From Seison nebaliae (Eukaryota), in NCBI GenBank assembly GCA_023231475.1, contig JALJEE010002595.1, forward strand, positions 1 to 56,713: 56,713 bases of DNA, in the 5' to 3' direction. The position numbers and the translations under genes were made by a program. Position 1 is the stretch's first letter, and each line of letters begins with the position of its first letter. The notes below the pieces were generated by a model. It had not been told where the DNA came from. It made no database searches and saw nothing but the letters and a program-made list of their open reading frames with translations. Shown here piece after piece: positions 1 to 14,246 of the stretch.

Positions 1-530
1 ATTATATTATTCATATTTATTATTTACCATACATATGTATGGTCGTCTATTTATTTCTCTCAGTACGCACAAATGTCCAAAGCTGTCCAACTGTTTATAC
101 TTAAGTATAAACAGGACAAATATTAGGAAAAAATTTATAAATAGGTGTATTAATACAATGGTCATAATACTAATTAGTATGTTTGGTTCTTTCATCGGTC
201 ATTAGCTGTTTAAAGAACATTATAAAAACATTTATTTACTAACGTTGAACGTCACCTTCTTTACGCATTATAAACGTTAAAAAAACATTCAAATGCTAAC
301 AGGGACATTAACCATGGTTATCACCAGGGACGATGCATCGTACTTTTTTTTAATACAAATGATTTTTCTATAGAATATTAAACTAATATATAATTTTAAT
401 GTTATTCTGTTTATTATTGACTATATATTGTATATAAATGACGTTCAAATTTAGCCAACTTGCTTAATAAAATACTTACAAATTATTCTAAGAAACAAAA
501 TTTTGAAATTTTGAAATTGTCTATCAATAA

Positions 531-2950
531 ATGAGGTTTATATATCAAGTTTTGTTAATAGTTCATCTGTGGAACAGTCGGTGTGAAGCATATATAAAAC
601 CCTTACGATCTTTAAGTCAGGAAGAGGAATTAGTGAAAAATGTGTTCAAGATTTCGTGGACAAGTTCTTATAAGAAATTGTTATTCGAATTACAAATAGA
701 TAGCAAATATAAATGGTTTGGTTTCGGCTTATCGCCCAACGGAGGAATGAAAGGTGCTGATATATTTATAGTCGAAACGATTGATAATAAATTGATTGGG
801 AAAGTTAAATTTCTCATTTTTCGGTAAATTTTATAAACTAACAATATAGGATTATTATTCTTCAGGAACTACGAGACCGGTTGAAGATGATGTACAAAGT
901 TTTAATGTAATTTCATCGGATAATAGAGACGGTTTTCAACGTGTTCTTGTGGAAAGAGATCGAATTACTTGCGATGTCAATGAAGATTTAGCAGTAACGG
1001 TAATACCTTTTTCAAATTTCAAATATATCGAGAATTAAATACTTGATAGATCGGTCGAATAAAATGTATTTATGCGTATGGAACTACGAATACTATGAAG
1101 TACCATTCAGATAATGAAGGAACGGTCGGTCTTCCTTTATTCAATCCAAAATTTCCAAGATCTAGTGCACTGCCAAACCATTTGTTAAAAGTTAATTATG
1201 CAAAACCACAGGTTAATATTACATATTATTAATACATAATGGTAGTATCTGACTAATCTTTTAATCAGTATAAAATTCCCAATGTAGATACGACTTACCA
1301 TTGTTCATTATTCAAAGCCAATATGACAACAACCAAAGATTTTGTGTATATATATCGTACCGAAGCCATTATACCAGAGGACACAAAAGAATTTGTTCAC
1401 CATTTTCTACTTTATTTTTGTCCACCAGACGTAACCGATAAAGTAGTAGGAGACTTAGAAACTACGAATACTCCTTGTTTTGATTCAAAGTTTCAACTTA
1501 CCTATTCGACTTGTGCGACCAACATAATTGGGGGATGGGCAGTAGGTGGTGAACTAGTTATTGATTATTATTGATCAATTATTATATCTGAAATGAATGA
1601 TTTAGATTTTTGATTTTCCACCAGAAGCAGCCTATAAGTTTAATACAGAATTCAAATACTTCTTACTCGAAACTCATTATGACAATCCTGGGTTGAAATC
1701 GGGTTAGTGTCGAACAAAAAACATCTATTCATTTACTATTCCGACAAACAGGTAAAATTGATACTTCTGGAATGGCTCTTTACTATAGTGAAACTCCAAG
1801 AAAGTATTCCGCTGGTACCTTGTATTTAGGGGCTCGTGTACCAGGAAATATATTAATTCCTCCTAAGGTGCAAAAATCGAATATGATGTTCCCATGTCCT
1901 AGTGAATGCACCAGGTAAAATTTTTCATAGTATCACGTATTGTTGGAAATCTTTCTTTAGCAACTATGTAGATAAAGAAGGCATCAACGTTTTTACAGCA
2001 TTTTTACACAGTCATTTAACTGGGGTTGCAATTAAGACAAGTATCATTAGGAATAAAACTGAAATTGATTTTCTTGGACGGGCGGATTCTTATGATTTTG
2101 ATTATCAGGATTTTATCAAACTGCAGAAACCGGTTAAAGTTTTACCCGGAGATGAATTAAGGACGGAATGTTTATACTCAACAATCGATCGAAAGCAATT
2201 GACTAAAGTTAACATCTAGAAATTTAATATATATTCTATTGAGATTGATAATATTCCAACTTGACAGGGAGGATTATCAACACATGAGGAAATGTGCATA
2301 AATATACTTTATTACTATCCGGCAGATGAATTTTCTTTAAGAACTTGCTTATCGGAGTACAGTAGAGAACCATTTGTAAAATTTGGGGCAGAAATGATAA
2401 AGTTTTGATTTTCAGCTTTATTTCACCCGAAAATAATAGATAAATGATAGGAAAAAAATATTTCCGGAAAATTTTAATATGAAAAACTGTTTGGAAAATT
2501 TGGACCAAGACGAATGTATAAGTGAAAGTTGGGACCACGACGAAATTAGAACTATGTTAGAAGAAATTTATAAGAACAATACGGAATATTCATTCTTGTG
2601 TACGGTTAGTAAATACATTACTTAATATTTTATGGATTTTTATAAATATTATGTAACTTACATAATACATAATGTATGTATGTAGTTATAAGCAACCATA
2701 TATTTGTAAGCGGACAATTGCTCTTATATATTTATCTCATATAATTATTTTAATTTGTGGAATTATAATCGTCAAGACTGAAAGAAATTTTACTTACAAA
2801 CCGTCCATTGTCTCGCCAAGGCTAGAAAAAAGGTTAATGGAGAATCCCAATGAATGTATTCTATCAAATACTATGATGATTTATTCACATTGGGGAATAA
2901 CACAATTTGGTTTCCTATTATGTTTTCTGATTAATACATGGTTGAACTGA
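531..2950 (+). CDS. MOXD1: DBH-like copper type II ascorbate-dependent monooxygenase (MOXD1-like; DOMON + Cu2_monooxygenase), about 10 exons
   Basis: Signal peptide; DOMON motif WFGFGLSPNGGMKGADI; copper-ligand motifs VHHFLLY, ETHYDNP, LHSHLTG and EEMC; hydrophobic C-terminal tail. Introns 804-849, 1000-1049, 1212-1268, 1557-1605, 1703-1751, 1915-1960, 2208-2267, 2402-2450 and 2605-~2776 (last acceptor uncertain) restore one frame. Confidence 0.88.
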
Positions 2951-3149
2951 AACCTAAATTAAGAAATGATTAAATTGAGCTGGATAATTTTTACATAACC
3001 ATCTTATATAAATGCATCTCTTATATTAAATTATATTATAAAAAACCTCGAATGCAAATATTCGGAAATTTTGGTCCGTAATCTTTTGTTGATATGGTCC
3101 CATTATGATATGATTTCAATACTTCTAATTTTATTTATTTGATAACTTC

Positions 3150-3670
3150 GTTCGTAAAAAAAAGTTTCATTCCGAAACTTGACTAACACGAGGCGAGGGA
3201 TTCAAAGAGAACTTTGAATGCGAGGAAACTACAAAAAAAATTAAAAGTGGATTTCTGTAAGGCATTATTTTAGGAAATATATTAACCAGTCGGATTTTGC
3301 GTGCGATGAATTGTAGTGTGAAATTGATTTTTCATAGCTAGTGTGAAATCGTAACATGGTTGTAAAACCATCTTCACATATTTTGAATGATTCCAGGATG
3401 GACCTGATTCAAATATAATGTCAATTTTTTCTTCGTGTTTTAACAAGAAATGGATCATCAAAAACGTTGAGTTCCATCTGGTTACGATATCATTCTGAAC
3501 CACTAATCCTGATTTTATTGCCCAATTTTTGTATTTCATATAATTTGTTTGAATTTTTCGAGAACTTTCTTATGATTGCTACCATTCCTTTCCATTCGGT
3601 TATTTTTTGATCAAACTAACTTTGCTAACAATAAATTGGTTGGAGCAATATGAGACACTCATTTTTCAAA
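3150..3670 (-). mobile_element. Degenerate hAT-superfamily transposase fragment
   Basis: ORF 3282-3539 contains DIVTRWNSTFLMI, the hAT TRWNS motif. Flanks carry stops and frameshifts. No TIRs found; boundaries are approximate. Confidence 0.7.
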
Positions 3671-4249
3671 TGAGAAAAATCAAAAATTTTATAAATTTCA
3701 ACATTTATTTTATTTATATATACAAGTTGGGTATATACAGTATTTATATATAAACTATAGTTCCAAATTTCCTTTATCATATTGATCCACTAAGCTCAAA
3801 CCGCAAATCTGGTTTTTTTTAAGTAATTGTTAGCACATCCGTTATGTGCTATTATAGTCAGGCTATTTGACGAAGTTATGAATCGAACTATGTAAGAATC
3901 ACCCCGGAATAAATGAAATATGAAATCTCCGAAAAACAACTTTAAAACACGTTAAAATTAACATTCCGGAATTTTTTTAAAGGCCATAAATTCCGAAGAT
4001 AACATATCTATTTAAATAACCATTTTCGGTTGTAACTATTGGATTATTGAGTAGAGCTAAAACATTGATCGATGTGGATAAAGAACAAATTGTGGTTGCT
4101 GATAGTCTTCACCAAACGGACAATTTAATGTCCGACAATGTCCTATTTTTTAACATTGTCCAGACAATTTTGTTTAGACAATATCAGCAACTTGCTGATG
4201 AGGAAAAAATCCGCTAGTTACATTTCGCAGTACAAGATTCCAGGATGGA

Positions 4250-4810
4250 AAGTCGAAGAATTCGAAGAGCGTCGATTGCAAAATTTACTACTAGACAAAT
4301 TATGAACGATGTGGAGACACGATCCAACTTCAAAGAGTTCAACAGGTAATTCAAAAATGCGAGCATTTAACATGAAGAAAAAAGTGAGCTAACATCTTGA
4401 ACTACGATTAACATTCGGTCGGAAATATGTGGATTTGAGTTGAAAATGACAAACTGTGATATTCTCGGACCGGAAGAAGTTCAGTTTGGACGGTTGAAGG
4501 ATGAAAAAATCAATTCAACCCGTCAAAGTGATCGCTAATCGTTTGGGATGCGTTTTCGTTCTTTGGGAACTTGATAATATTAAAAGGAAAGCAACATTAT
4601 CTCAGAATCTTTTACTATTCGTAAAAACGTTTCCGGTAATGATTGCATTTTCCAACAGGATAATGCATCAATTCGCGAAAATTGTTAAGGAATGGTCAAA
4701 AGAAAATAATAGAGTGACCGAATTGGGAGTGTCCCAGATTTAAACCTAGTAGAGAATCTTTTGGTTATTATTGGCTTGGTCTGTTTATTCTAATTCTCGC
4801 CAAATTGACA
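4250..4810 (+). mobile_element. Degenerate Tc1/mariner (Tc3-like) transposase relic
   Basis: Frameshifted DDE motifs in the expected order: SDRKKFSLDG (~4466), FQQDNASI (~4650), PDLNLVENL (~4735). These correspond to FSDEKKFNLDG, FQQDNA and SPDLNPIENLW. Boundaries are approximate. Confidence 0.75.
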
Positions 4811-5455
4811 ACACAAAATTTCTAGTTTTCTATAAGTTTAGCTTATTATAATTCATTATTATTAAATAATACATATTTATTGTAAAATAAACGAAATTGT
4901 CAAGAATATTTCGTATGAAATTAACATAACAATATATAGCAGTTGGTGGTTAAATTGTATAACTGATCACTGGAGGTGAAATCAATTAAGAGGACTGCCG
5001 AATTGGATTATGTTTCACAGGTAAACCGTGTACGTTTCTTATTTTTTCTTTGATAGTATATATAATTATATTTCCCTGCAGTTCATGAGACTTCATCTAT
5101 ATAACTTAAAGTTACATATATAATCAATAACTATGCAACTCGGATTGATGGTGGTATGAGATATGAGAAAAAGATTTGAAAGTTCATAAAATTTAGATGA
5201 GAATTTATCTCGTTTGGAATACAATGCATGTCATCGTATAGAATTACAATAGTTTTTCACATTTGGAACAATTAAAAATTTTTAATTTAGTTTGAAAATA
5301 TGAATATTTTTGTTAACCATTGGCTAACATAATAAAAGAAAATAACTAACCGTAATGATAATTTTTGTCTTTGGAGTTGTAGGTGTATAAATGCATATAA
5401 ATACAATGAATTATTATAATTCAAATAAGGTTCATATGAAAATGTATGTTGTACA

Positions 5456-5483
5456 TGTGTGTGTGCGTGTGTGTGTGTGCGTG
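5456..5483. repeat. Imperfect (GT)n microsatellite
   Basis: tgtgtgtgtgcgtgtgtgtgtgtgcgtg read directly. Confidence 0.9.
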
Positions 5484-6190
5484 AGGTATATATGGTGGAG
5501 TTTGAATAGGATACAGAGAATAATTGGGTAGAAAGGGAAAGTAAGATGAAAAAGATTTGTGAAAAAAGAAAAGAAGTATGTGAAGAGGCGACTACTTATT
5601 GTAGTTAGAATGTAAGGCAGCCTGTTATTGTTAATGTGTGATATGTTGTGAAAGAAGATGATATTAGTGTTATCGAAATAACAACATATGACTTGTAACA
5701 ATGATGGGAGTCTCGTTGTCTATTGTATGTTTCTGATGTGATATTTTGGAATTGTATGAGAATTTGTTAATTTCATCAAACGACTTCTCATCTAATGTTA
5801 GACCAGTAAGATTTCTTTTGATTGATCACGACTGATGATAATCGTTTTGGTGATATGGGAGGGAGGTAAAAAATTGTATCTAGGTCACCCAATCTAGAAG
5901 TGATATGAGAAGAGGAGATGATTAGTATTGTGGTTGTTTGTGTTGTATATTATCGTTTCATTATTGTCACCCAGTTTATTTAAGTTTATTGGATTTCTCT
6001 TGTCTCTCACAAATCAGATGATCTGAGGCGTCTCGATTGTTGATAATTGGAAGACGATCACAATCAGTTTGTAGATAGAGATATTGAATTTGTTGAAGAA
6101 AGACGATTAATTGATATGAATGAATGAGAAGAAGAAGAAGAAGAAGAAAAGAAGAATAGAAAGCATTTATCAAGAAAAAAGTGGGATGGA

Positions 6191-9100
6191 ATGCATCTAA
6201 TTCCATCAAAGTTCCATGAGAAAGAATCAGCAACGGATCTACTCCGAAAAGACGAGTCGAAGAAAGAGAATAGGAAAAAACGGAGTAGACATCAAACTAA
6301 TTCATCATCGTTGAAACGACGACCAGAATCGAAATGCCAAAATTTTGTCGAGGAGCGACAAGGAAAAAGAATTGTAAATGAAAATGAAAGAGATGTAGTG
6401 GCAGATCATCCAGAGATTTCGGGACCAATGAATTTCGAACATCGCATTCATACTCATGTAACAAATGGCGAATTATATGGATTACCATCACAATGGAATT
6501 CATTCATTCCTAATCGATTCTATCCGCCATCACCAGTGTCTGAAATATCGACGTCTATGACAACAACTTGTTCAACAGAACCATTAATGAATGATACTTA
6601 TCTTACTCATTATCATCCTCAAATCGAACAACAACAACAACAACAACAAGAGCTTTATGAAAATAATCAAATTCATCCAACATATCAACATCAATTATAT
6701 AAACAACAACAACAACAGCAATATAAAAATCATCCTCAATATAATTATTATTTACAACAACAACAACAACAACAATCATTAATTGATAATCAAATTAATT
6801 GGAATCCATCATTAATGGATAGGAATGAATTGATTCGATTGAAGACAATTATTAGAGGAAAAGTTGCTCCAATATGGTCGATAGAGAAGAATGATAATGG
6901 CGAACCAAAAATAGTTTACAATACTAAATCATCTCACATTTCTAATCAAAACATGAACGGTACTAGAATGATGAATGATAATTCAAACAATGATGGTGTT
7001 ACGATCACAGTTAAATCGAAGAATGATGAAAAGATTCATGGGAGAAATGTGTATGAACATCTCAATGAAATGGCCAACCATCAGTTCAATCAACATCATT
7101 ATCGTCAGCAACAACCATCAAGAATGTTATATTCTTATGAATTCAACAATGAGAATAGGAACAATAATAACAATAATCATAACCATTTAATAACGATGAA
7201 TGAAGAGAAGAATATCGACGAAACTTCAGAGAAACAGGAGAATCATCATATCGATGAGTGTTATTTAAATATTTCACAGAAGGAGAGACAAAGTAAGAGG
7301 AAAAATAAGAAACAGAAATCACTTCATACAAATCATCATATCTCTTATAATGACAAAAACAAAAATAATTGTCCGATCAATACGAGAAATTCCAGTCAAA
7401 ATAATTTCAATATTGACGGAAAATCGAAGCATAATTCGAATGGAAAGAATATGAATCAATCTGTTCGTATTCGATATGATGAGAATGTGAAGGAGAATAA
7501 TTTACATGCGCCAAACGAAAATGTTTTTCCAGTCCCTAATCAATATGGACAGAACAATCAGATAGATTATTCTGATAATAATAATTATCATCCAATTTAT
7601 CCGCCATCTAATCATTTCCCTCAAAAACATTCCCAACCTCAACACCAACTCCTCAGAAAACAACTGGCATCAAATAATAGTCCTTTCCGTTTAAATGAGA
7701 TGATGGATCAATTTCCTCTGCAATTTCGTCAATTTCAGTCAATTCCAACTACCACTCAACAGACACTTAAAAAGAGTAGTACTAATAATAATCTTGCATG
7801 CAATCGTCAAGATAATCGTTCGCTCAACCAGAATGTTTTAGATAAAACGTATGTGAATAAGAATTTATCTTTTCTTCATAATCTCCCACAACATGTCACA
7901 GAAAGTGAAGGAAATCGAACACATTCACAACAAACTTTCGAACGAAATGGAAAGAATCGATCAACTCGTAAATTATTCGCTTCAGTTACGAATCGATATC
8001 GACAAAAGACTCAAATGCACAACAACAACAACAACAGTCATAATAATAAAGAAATGAATCAACAGAGATATGAGAAAAAGAATAATGATTTATTAAAAGA
8101 AGAAAATGAAATTGATGAAATTGAATTGATGCAAAGGAAGAAATCACCAGAAATCATTCATTCATCATCAATGCATTCTGATATGCCAATCGTTTATTCA
8201 ATTAATGATCAAGATGAGATTATGCATAAATCATGTACCAATTCATATTCGAAAGATAAAATGAATTTATATCATCCAAATTCTTCTAAAGTCAATTTCC
8301 CAGACAATAATCATTTGAATAAGAAACAATTGGATAATACTGCTCCAACTAAACCTTCGAGACATCACCATCCTTCCCATCACATAATCTCAACTAATAA
8401 TCATGTCAACTACACAACATCTCCTTCCGCTTGTTCGATACCATTAAAAACTGCAAACACCACAAAGTCAATTATGAATAGCATCGCCAATGAATTGAAT
8501 AGTCACTCAACAATTGACATGTTGTCGATATCGGATAATCATCATTTCACTTCTTCACCATCAACAGCGATAACTCAACAAGTCATTCCAACGGAAATAA
8601 CACCATCGTCAACATCTACCCAAAACGTCAACTTACAATCACAGAATGTCAATTTGCAATATATTCTCAAAACGTCGATGAGTACTCCTTTCTTGTCAAC
8701 TAAAACGACGTCGAAAAATTCAGGAGCTGCTCGTCTAATTCAGAGGAATCAGCAAAAATTGAATGTTAACAAAGAAATAAAGACACCAAATCATTCTGGA
8801 GGAACATCTCGTAGATTTGTCAGTCATCATGTGCCGCGATTGAAACCGAAAGAATTCGATCAAGCTGATTTGGTGGCAGCTTCTTCCAAACATCGACAAC
8901 TTAAACCGTCCACTTCCTCCACTTCTCAATTGAAGAGAACGAAGAGCTCCGATCCTTTCAATATTCAGACGAAATCGTCAATCGTCGATAACATCGAATT
9001 GCCTTTTATTCCCATTCAAATGACTAGACAATTAAATTACAAAGAAGTTAATTTGATTTATTTATTTGAAATTTTAACAATTTTTAATTACTTAAATTCT

Positions 9101-10371
9101 TCAAGTTTCGTATGATAATGGAACGAATAGTTGATAATGATGAAGATCCGACGACATTTCTTAAAGATATCAAAGTGATTGGTGAAGGTTCTACCGGAAT
9201 TGTTTGGCTTATGAAAAATTTGCGAAAATTTTCATCGGACGATCCGAATGTCACTCCGGAATTGATCGCGGTGAAGAAAATGAATTTGAAGACTCAACAA
9301 CGTAAAGAATTGTTGTTTAATGAAGTGTTGATTATGAGAGAATATCATCATGAGAATATTGTGAAGATGTTCGATACATATCTCCTTCATGAACAGCTCT
9401 GGGTATCAATGGAATTGTTGGATAGTGGTGCACTTACTAATATAGTAACTCAAATTCGGTTAATCATTTTTTTTTATGATAAATAATAATTTCTTTATTT
9501 CTTTAATAGAATGACTGAGAAGGAGATCAGTGACATTTGTTATGATGTACTTAATGCATTGACGTATCTGCATGCAAACGGAGTAATACATCGTGACATT
9601 AAGACTGATTCGATTCTTTTATCAAATAATGGTTCCATAAAATTGAGTGATTTCGGTTTCTGTGCTCAAGTCACCAAAGTTGCCAATAGACGTCGAAGTT
9701 TAGTTGGTACTCCTTATTGGATGGCACCAGAAGTAATTCAGCGTCAATGGTATGGTGTAGAAATTGATATTTGGTCATTGGGAATAATGATCATTGAAAT
9801 GGTGGATGGTGAACCACCTCTGTTTAGTGAAGCACCGATGAAAGCAATGCAATTGATTGTTCATTCCAATTATGAAATGATCCAATCAAGTCATCTTCCA
9901 AAATTCCATGAAATGCGTGTTCAATCCAGTGGACAATCAACTGGTGGAAATGATTTATTCATAGATAAAATATTCAAAGAATTTTTAGGAAAAATGATTC
10001 AACGAGATCCGAAAGAACGATCAACTGCGTCGAAATTGTTGGACGATGAATTTTTAAAGAGAAATTTTTCGTCGATAAAAAATTCATTTGGTGGAAATGA
10101 AAGTATAAAAGATTTATTGAATTTTAATAAGTGTCAATCGCAATTGAATGAATATGATTCATCAGTCATCGATTACAATCAAACATCGATTTCTAATATG
10201 CAGATTCCTACTCTGACGTCATCATCCAGGTCGTCTTCCATTAACTATTCAACATTAGCCACATCGATAAAGAAGAAGGAAATACCATCAAATCCAGATG
10301 AAAATGGTATTCGACCGAAACGTATTGCATTCGACGAATATCTTCAAATGACTAAAAATAAGAAAAATTAA
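6191..10371 (+). CDS. Group II p21-activated kinase (PAK4/Mbt-like), about 1356 aa, 3 exons
   Basis: CRIB motif EISGPMNFEHRIHT; kinase motifs IGEGSTGIV, AVKKM, QQRKELLFNEV, HRDIKTDSILL, DFG, RRRSLVGTPYWMAPE. Exons 6191-9046, 9106-9458, 9510-10371. Confidence 0.93.
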
Positions 10372-10858
10372 TTTGTTAATTTGTAGAAAGTTTGAAAAGG
10401 AATCTCATTTTGTGATTTATATTCTTCATAATAAGTATTGTTGATAAATGTAGAACCATTTATGAAAGTTTCATTCCAATATCCTCATGTTTCTTGCAAA
10501 GATGTTTTATTTCATTTCGAAGAACACCATTTTCTTTTTCAAATATTTTTTCAATTTTTTCTTTCATATCCGATAGCGTATCTCACAAATGAACAACAAT
10601 CTCACTATTGTTTCTTTTTTATTCAATTTCATTCCGTTTGTTTCAGAAGAATTATTTCATTTTACAAAATCTTCATAAATCCCTCATCATTGAGATATGC
10701 GTCAACTTGATAATTTTTACCTATTCTCTTTTAACGTCAACGATTCATATTTTGGATCAATGATATTCTTGTTAATTAAATTGAAAAGAATCTTTATTTT
10801 TTATTTCTTTTTTTTTCGAGAAAGATTTTCTTGCCAATTTCATATTGAACTTTCTTGG

Positions 10859-13800
10859 ATGGATAAAAAAGATTTAGACGAATTACAATCATTGATATTG
10901 GCAGAACGTGAAAAAAATAAAAATGGATTTGAATACGAATTAATTTTTGATGATTTGGGACGACAACCAATCATTTCAGATGCTCCAAAAATTTTAAGGA
11001 AATTTTGGAAATCATCACAATTACAACAATCTTATGGTTCACACAAATGCCCAGTTTGTATCGCTTATACTTTCCCTTCATTGTTATGTCTTTGGCAACA
11101 TTTAATTTATGGGAAATGTTCAGGCGTTGTCGAACATCGAGAAATAACAGGTAATCATTTCCAATGTGTTACATGTGGAATGGCTTATTCTTCTATCACA
11201 AATCTTCGAGTTCATTTGAAAACAGCAATAACTTGTAATTATTCTTTCATATCAAAAGATTCTATAGAAACGAATCGAAAAACGACAACAACCGAAATAA
11301 AGGAAGAATTAGGAACACAATTTAATGAGAGAAATGGAACGTCAATTCGTCGAAGTACGAGAAAGAGAACAGAAAAGAAATTGACAGATATTTATGAATT
11401 GAATGAATTAGAAGAAATGAATGATGAAAAGAAGAAAGATGACTATAATGACGAATATATAATGGAAAGTGAGAATTCGATTGAAAGTGATGATGATGAC
11501 GATGAAGATGAAGATGATGAGAGTAATGAAGATGAATTAGAAGATGATGGCGAAAAAAGTGATACGAAATTTAAAGAAAAGAAGAATAGTAAGAAACAAT
11601 TTAAAACTTCAAAAATCATTGATATGGATCAATTGTTGATGGAGAGAGGAATTTCGTCAATTGACGAATATGAAAATGAGTTAGATAGAGAGAATCTCAA
11701 AAAGATAAAAATGATGGTAAAACATTCTTGTCATAAAGATCAAGTGACGAATCGGAATAACACATTTATTGGATATAATTATTATTTGGAGGTTTTGGAA
11801 CGCACAAGGAAGATGCTCAGACAATTATTAATCATTGAGAATGAGGAGGATCTTCCAAAATATTTGAAAATGAATGAGGAACAAATTGATGGATATTATT
11901 TTCAAGTAAATGATCAAGAATTGAGAGAATTTTTTAAAAAATGTCCGAATTCTATTCCAATTTGTATGGGAAAAGAAGAGATTCAACTCAATTTATTTGA
12001 ACATCATCAACTTGATAAGAATATTGAAATGGCATATTGTGGAGGACGAGTACTTGCATTTGATCTTCTCTCAACATCGATATTGAATGAATCGATTCTG
12101 ATTGTTCTCTCCACAAACGAACAAAGTGACAATATCAATTTATATTTCCCTAAATCACTTGGAATATTTTATGGAAATGATGGAACGTTTCGTGAAGGAG
12201 ACCAATTTAAATGTATCCAAATTCCATTTATGTTATCCATCTATCAACTGAATGAGAATAAGTTTAAATTAATCAATTCTTTCCTTCTTCCTAGTAGAGG
12301 ATATCCAACTCAACTTAAATGTCTTCAAAGATTTTCCATAAAAAATTCATTCGACGATAATGAATTTAGTCATATCTGTTTCGCTGTATCATTTCTTCAT
12401 CATTCAGTTTCTCTTCATGGAAACTTTAGTAAAAACATTACAAGACAATCGACAATCGATGATTCTGGTGACATTCGATTGTATCGATTGGATTATAATC
12501 GATTAACAGAATTTAAACGGTTGAAAAAGAGTTCTCAATCGTTCGACGACGTCATTTCTTTTTCAGCTTATCGAATTTCACATTCAGTTCTGTCCATCGA
12601 ATGGAATGTCATTCAATCATCACTTTTAGTTGGCTCATATGGTGATGGAAGAATCGCTTTATGGAATTTAGAAAAGTCAAATTGTTTTCCATATAAAGTT
12701 CTCGATATATTCTCTGATCCTTTTCCGATAATTGGTTTGAGATTCTACCAACCATTTATCCATTTTCCTTCTGAATTACCTAAACATCAATTAATCCTCA
12801 TGTCTTCACTGCACGGTATGGAAGTGAATTTAGTTGAAATTGAGTATATATCAAATGATCCATCATTATCATTATTTGATGGATTATATCGATTTCCGGT
12901 ATCCGTAAATTATGAATTAAATCCCAAATTCTCAATGACACGAATCTCTTCGGCCATCTCCGGTAAATTCTCAGCAGCACATTGTTATCAGCCAGAAATT
13001 ACTCATTCCATTATTCATCCGAAGAATAAGACAGTGAACTTGAATCAAAATTTAGAATATGTCGATCATCTTCGATGTAATGACTCGTTTATGAATTTGG
13101 TGGACGAGTTGTGTTATTCAACCACCAATTATCCTTCGTTTAAGGAGCAGTGGGAAAAGGATAAACAAATTTTTGCCATTTCTTCAGGGAAATTATTGAA
13201 TTTTACACATCGTCGGATATTTGATCGCTTAACGAAAGAGGAAGCGAAAAGATTAATTTTAGCTATCACCATTTCTGCATATCCTCTTTCCTTACTCACT
13301 ACAACTATCACAGGTTTCTTATTGTTAGACAAAACCTTCTAACAAATCTTATGCTAATAGGTGAAATTTATTTGACGGAATTTAAACGGTTTCCTATATT
13401 TCAAACTGGTCGTTCTGTCATGAATATCAGCAACGTTATATTACTTCAACATTTATGTTTTCATAACTTTTCTCTAGAGAATCTTATCAATTAAACTTCG
13501 AAAGAAAATAAATTGCAGAATCTCTTCAAAGAATACTGCGGAAGAAATTACATCGTCAGAACCATTTGATACGACACCAATTATCGAAGCATCTGAAGAT
13601 CCAGAAATGTTTAGAGATTCGGATGTTGATGGAGAAGATGAAGAATTTATGAAAATATCAAAAATCCGAAGAGAAGAAGCAACATTATTAATTGAGACAA
13701 ACAAAGTTGAACATTTTTTAAAATTTAAATTTCTGAAAATATTTCCTTCTTAAAAGCAACTTTCGGGAATCAGTACAGAAGAGTTAGAGTTAACGTTTGA

Positions 13801-14047
13801 CCAATTTTTGGAAGGAAGTTGGAATCGAATGAGTATCGTAGCGACAGATCAATTCAATTTTATCCTTTCCACATCGAAAGATTCCACGCGCTACCTACAT
13901 TTGGGGAAAACTGTTAGGAGAATAGAGAATCAAATTCCAAATGTAAATTTGTTGAAATTTCATCGAAGTCTGTTAATGAGTCGAACGGTACATGTAATCG
14001 GAGGAGATGCCGGTATCATTTTCAGGTTGACGACCTTGACGGAATAA
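10859..14047 (+). CDS. Zinc-finger + acidic tract + WD40 protein, probable TFIIIC subunit 2 (GTF3C2-like), 4 exons
   Basis: Two CxxC...H...C finger-like motifs; D/E tract; WD-like LLVGSYGDGRIALWNL. YCGGRVLAFD and the C-terminal HVIGGDAGII resemble GTF3C2 as I recall it. Introns 13314-13360, 13435-13477, 13706-13756. ATG 10859 is preferred over the ORF-track start 10697. Confidence 0.55.
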
Positions 14048-14246
14048 CAGAGCAGTTGCGAAGAGTGTACGTATGCTGACAATGTTTACAGAATAAATTT
14101 ATTATGATAAATTGTCAAAAGAAAAAGAAAATTTAATAAAATTTATCGATTTTTCTTTTCAATGCATTTTTCGACGAAAACATAAATGGTAATTGAGGTG
14201 ACTTAAAGAAAAACTCCGTAATTTTATTTCACTTCCAAAAGTAAAT

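Noticed and set aside
10438..10858. ORF 10438-10710 and the F-rich N-terminal extension of ORF 10697
   Set aside because: T-rich UTR/spacer composition; the protein-like sequence begins at ATG 10859.
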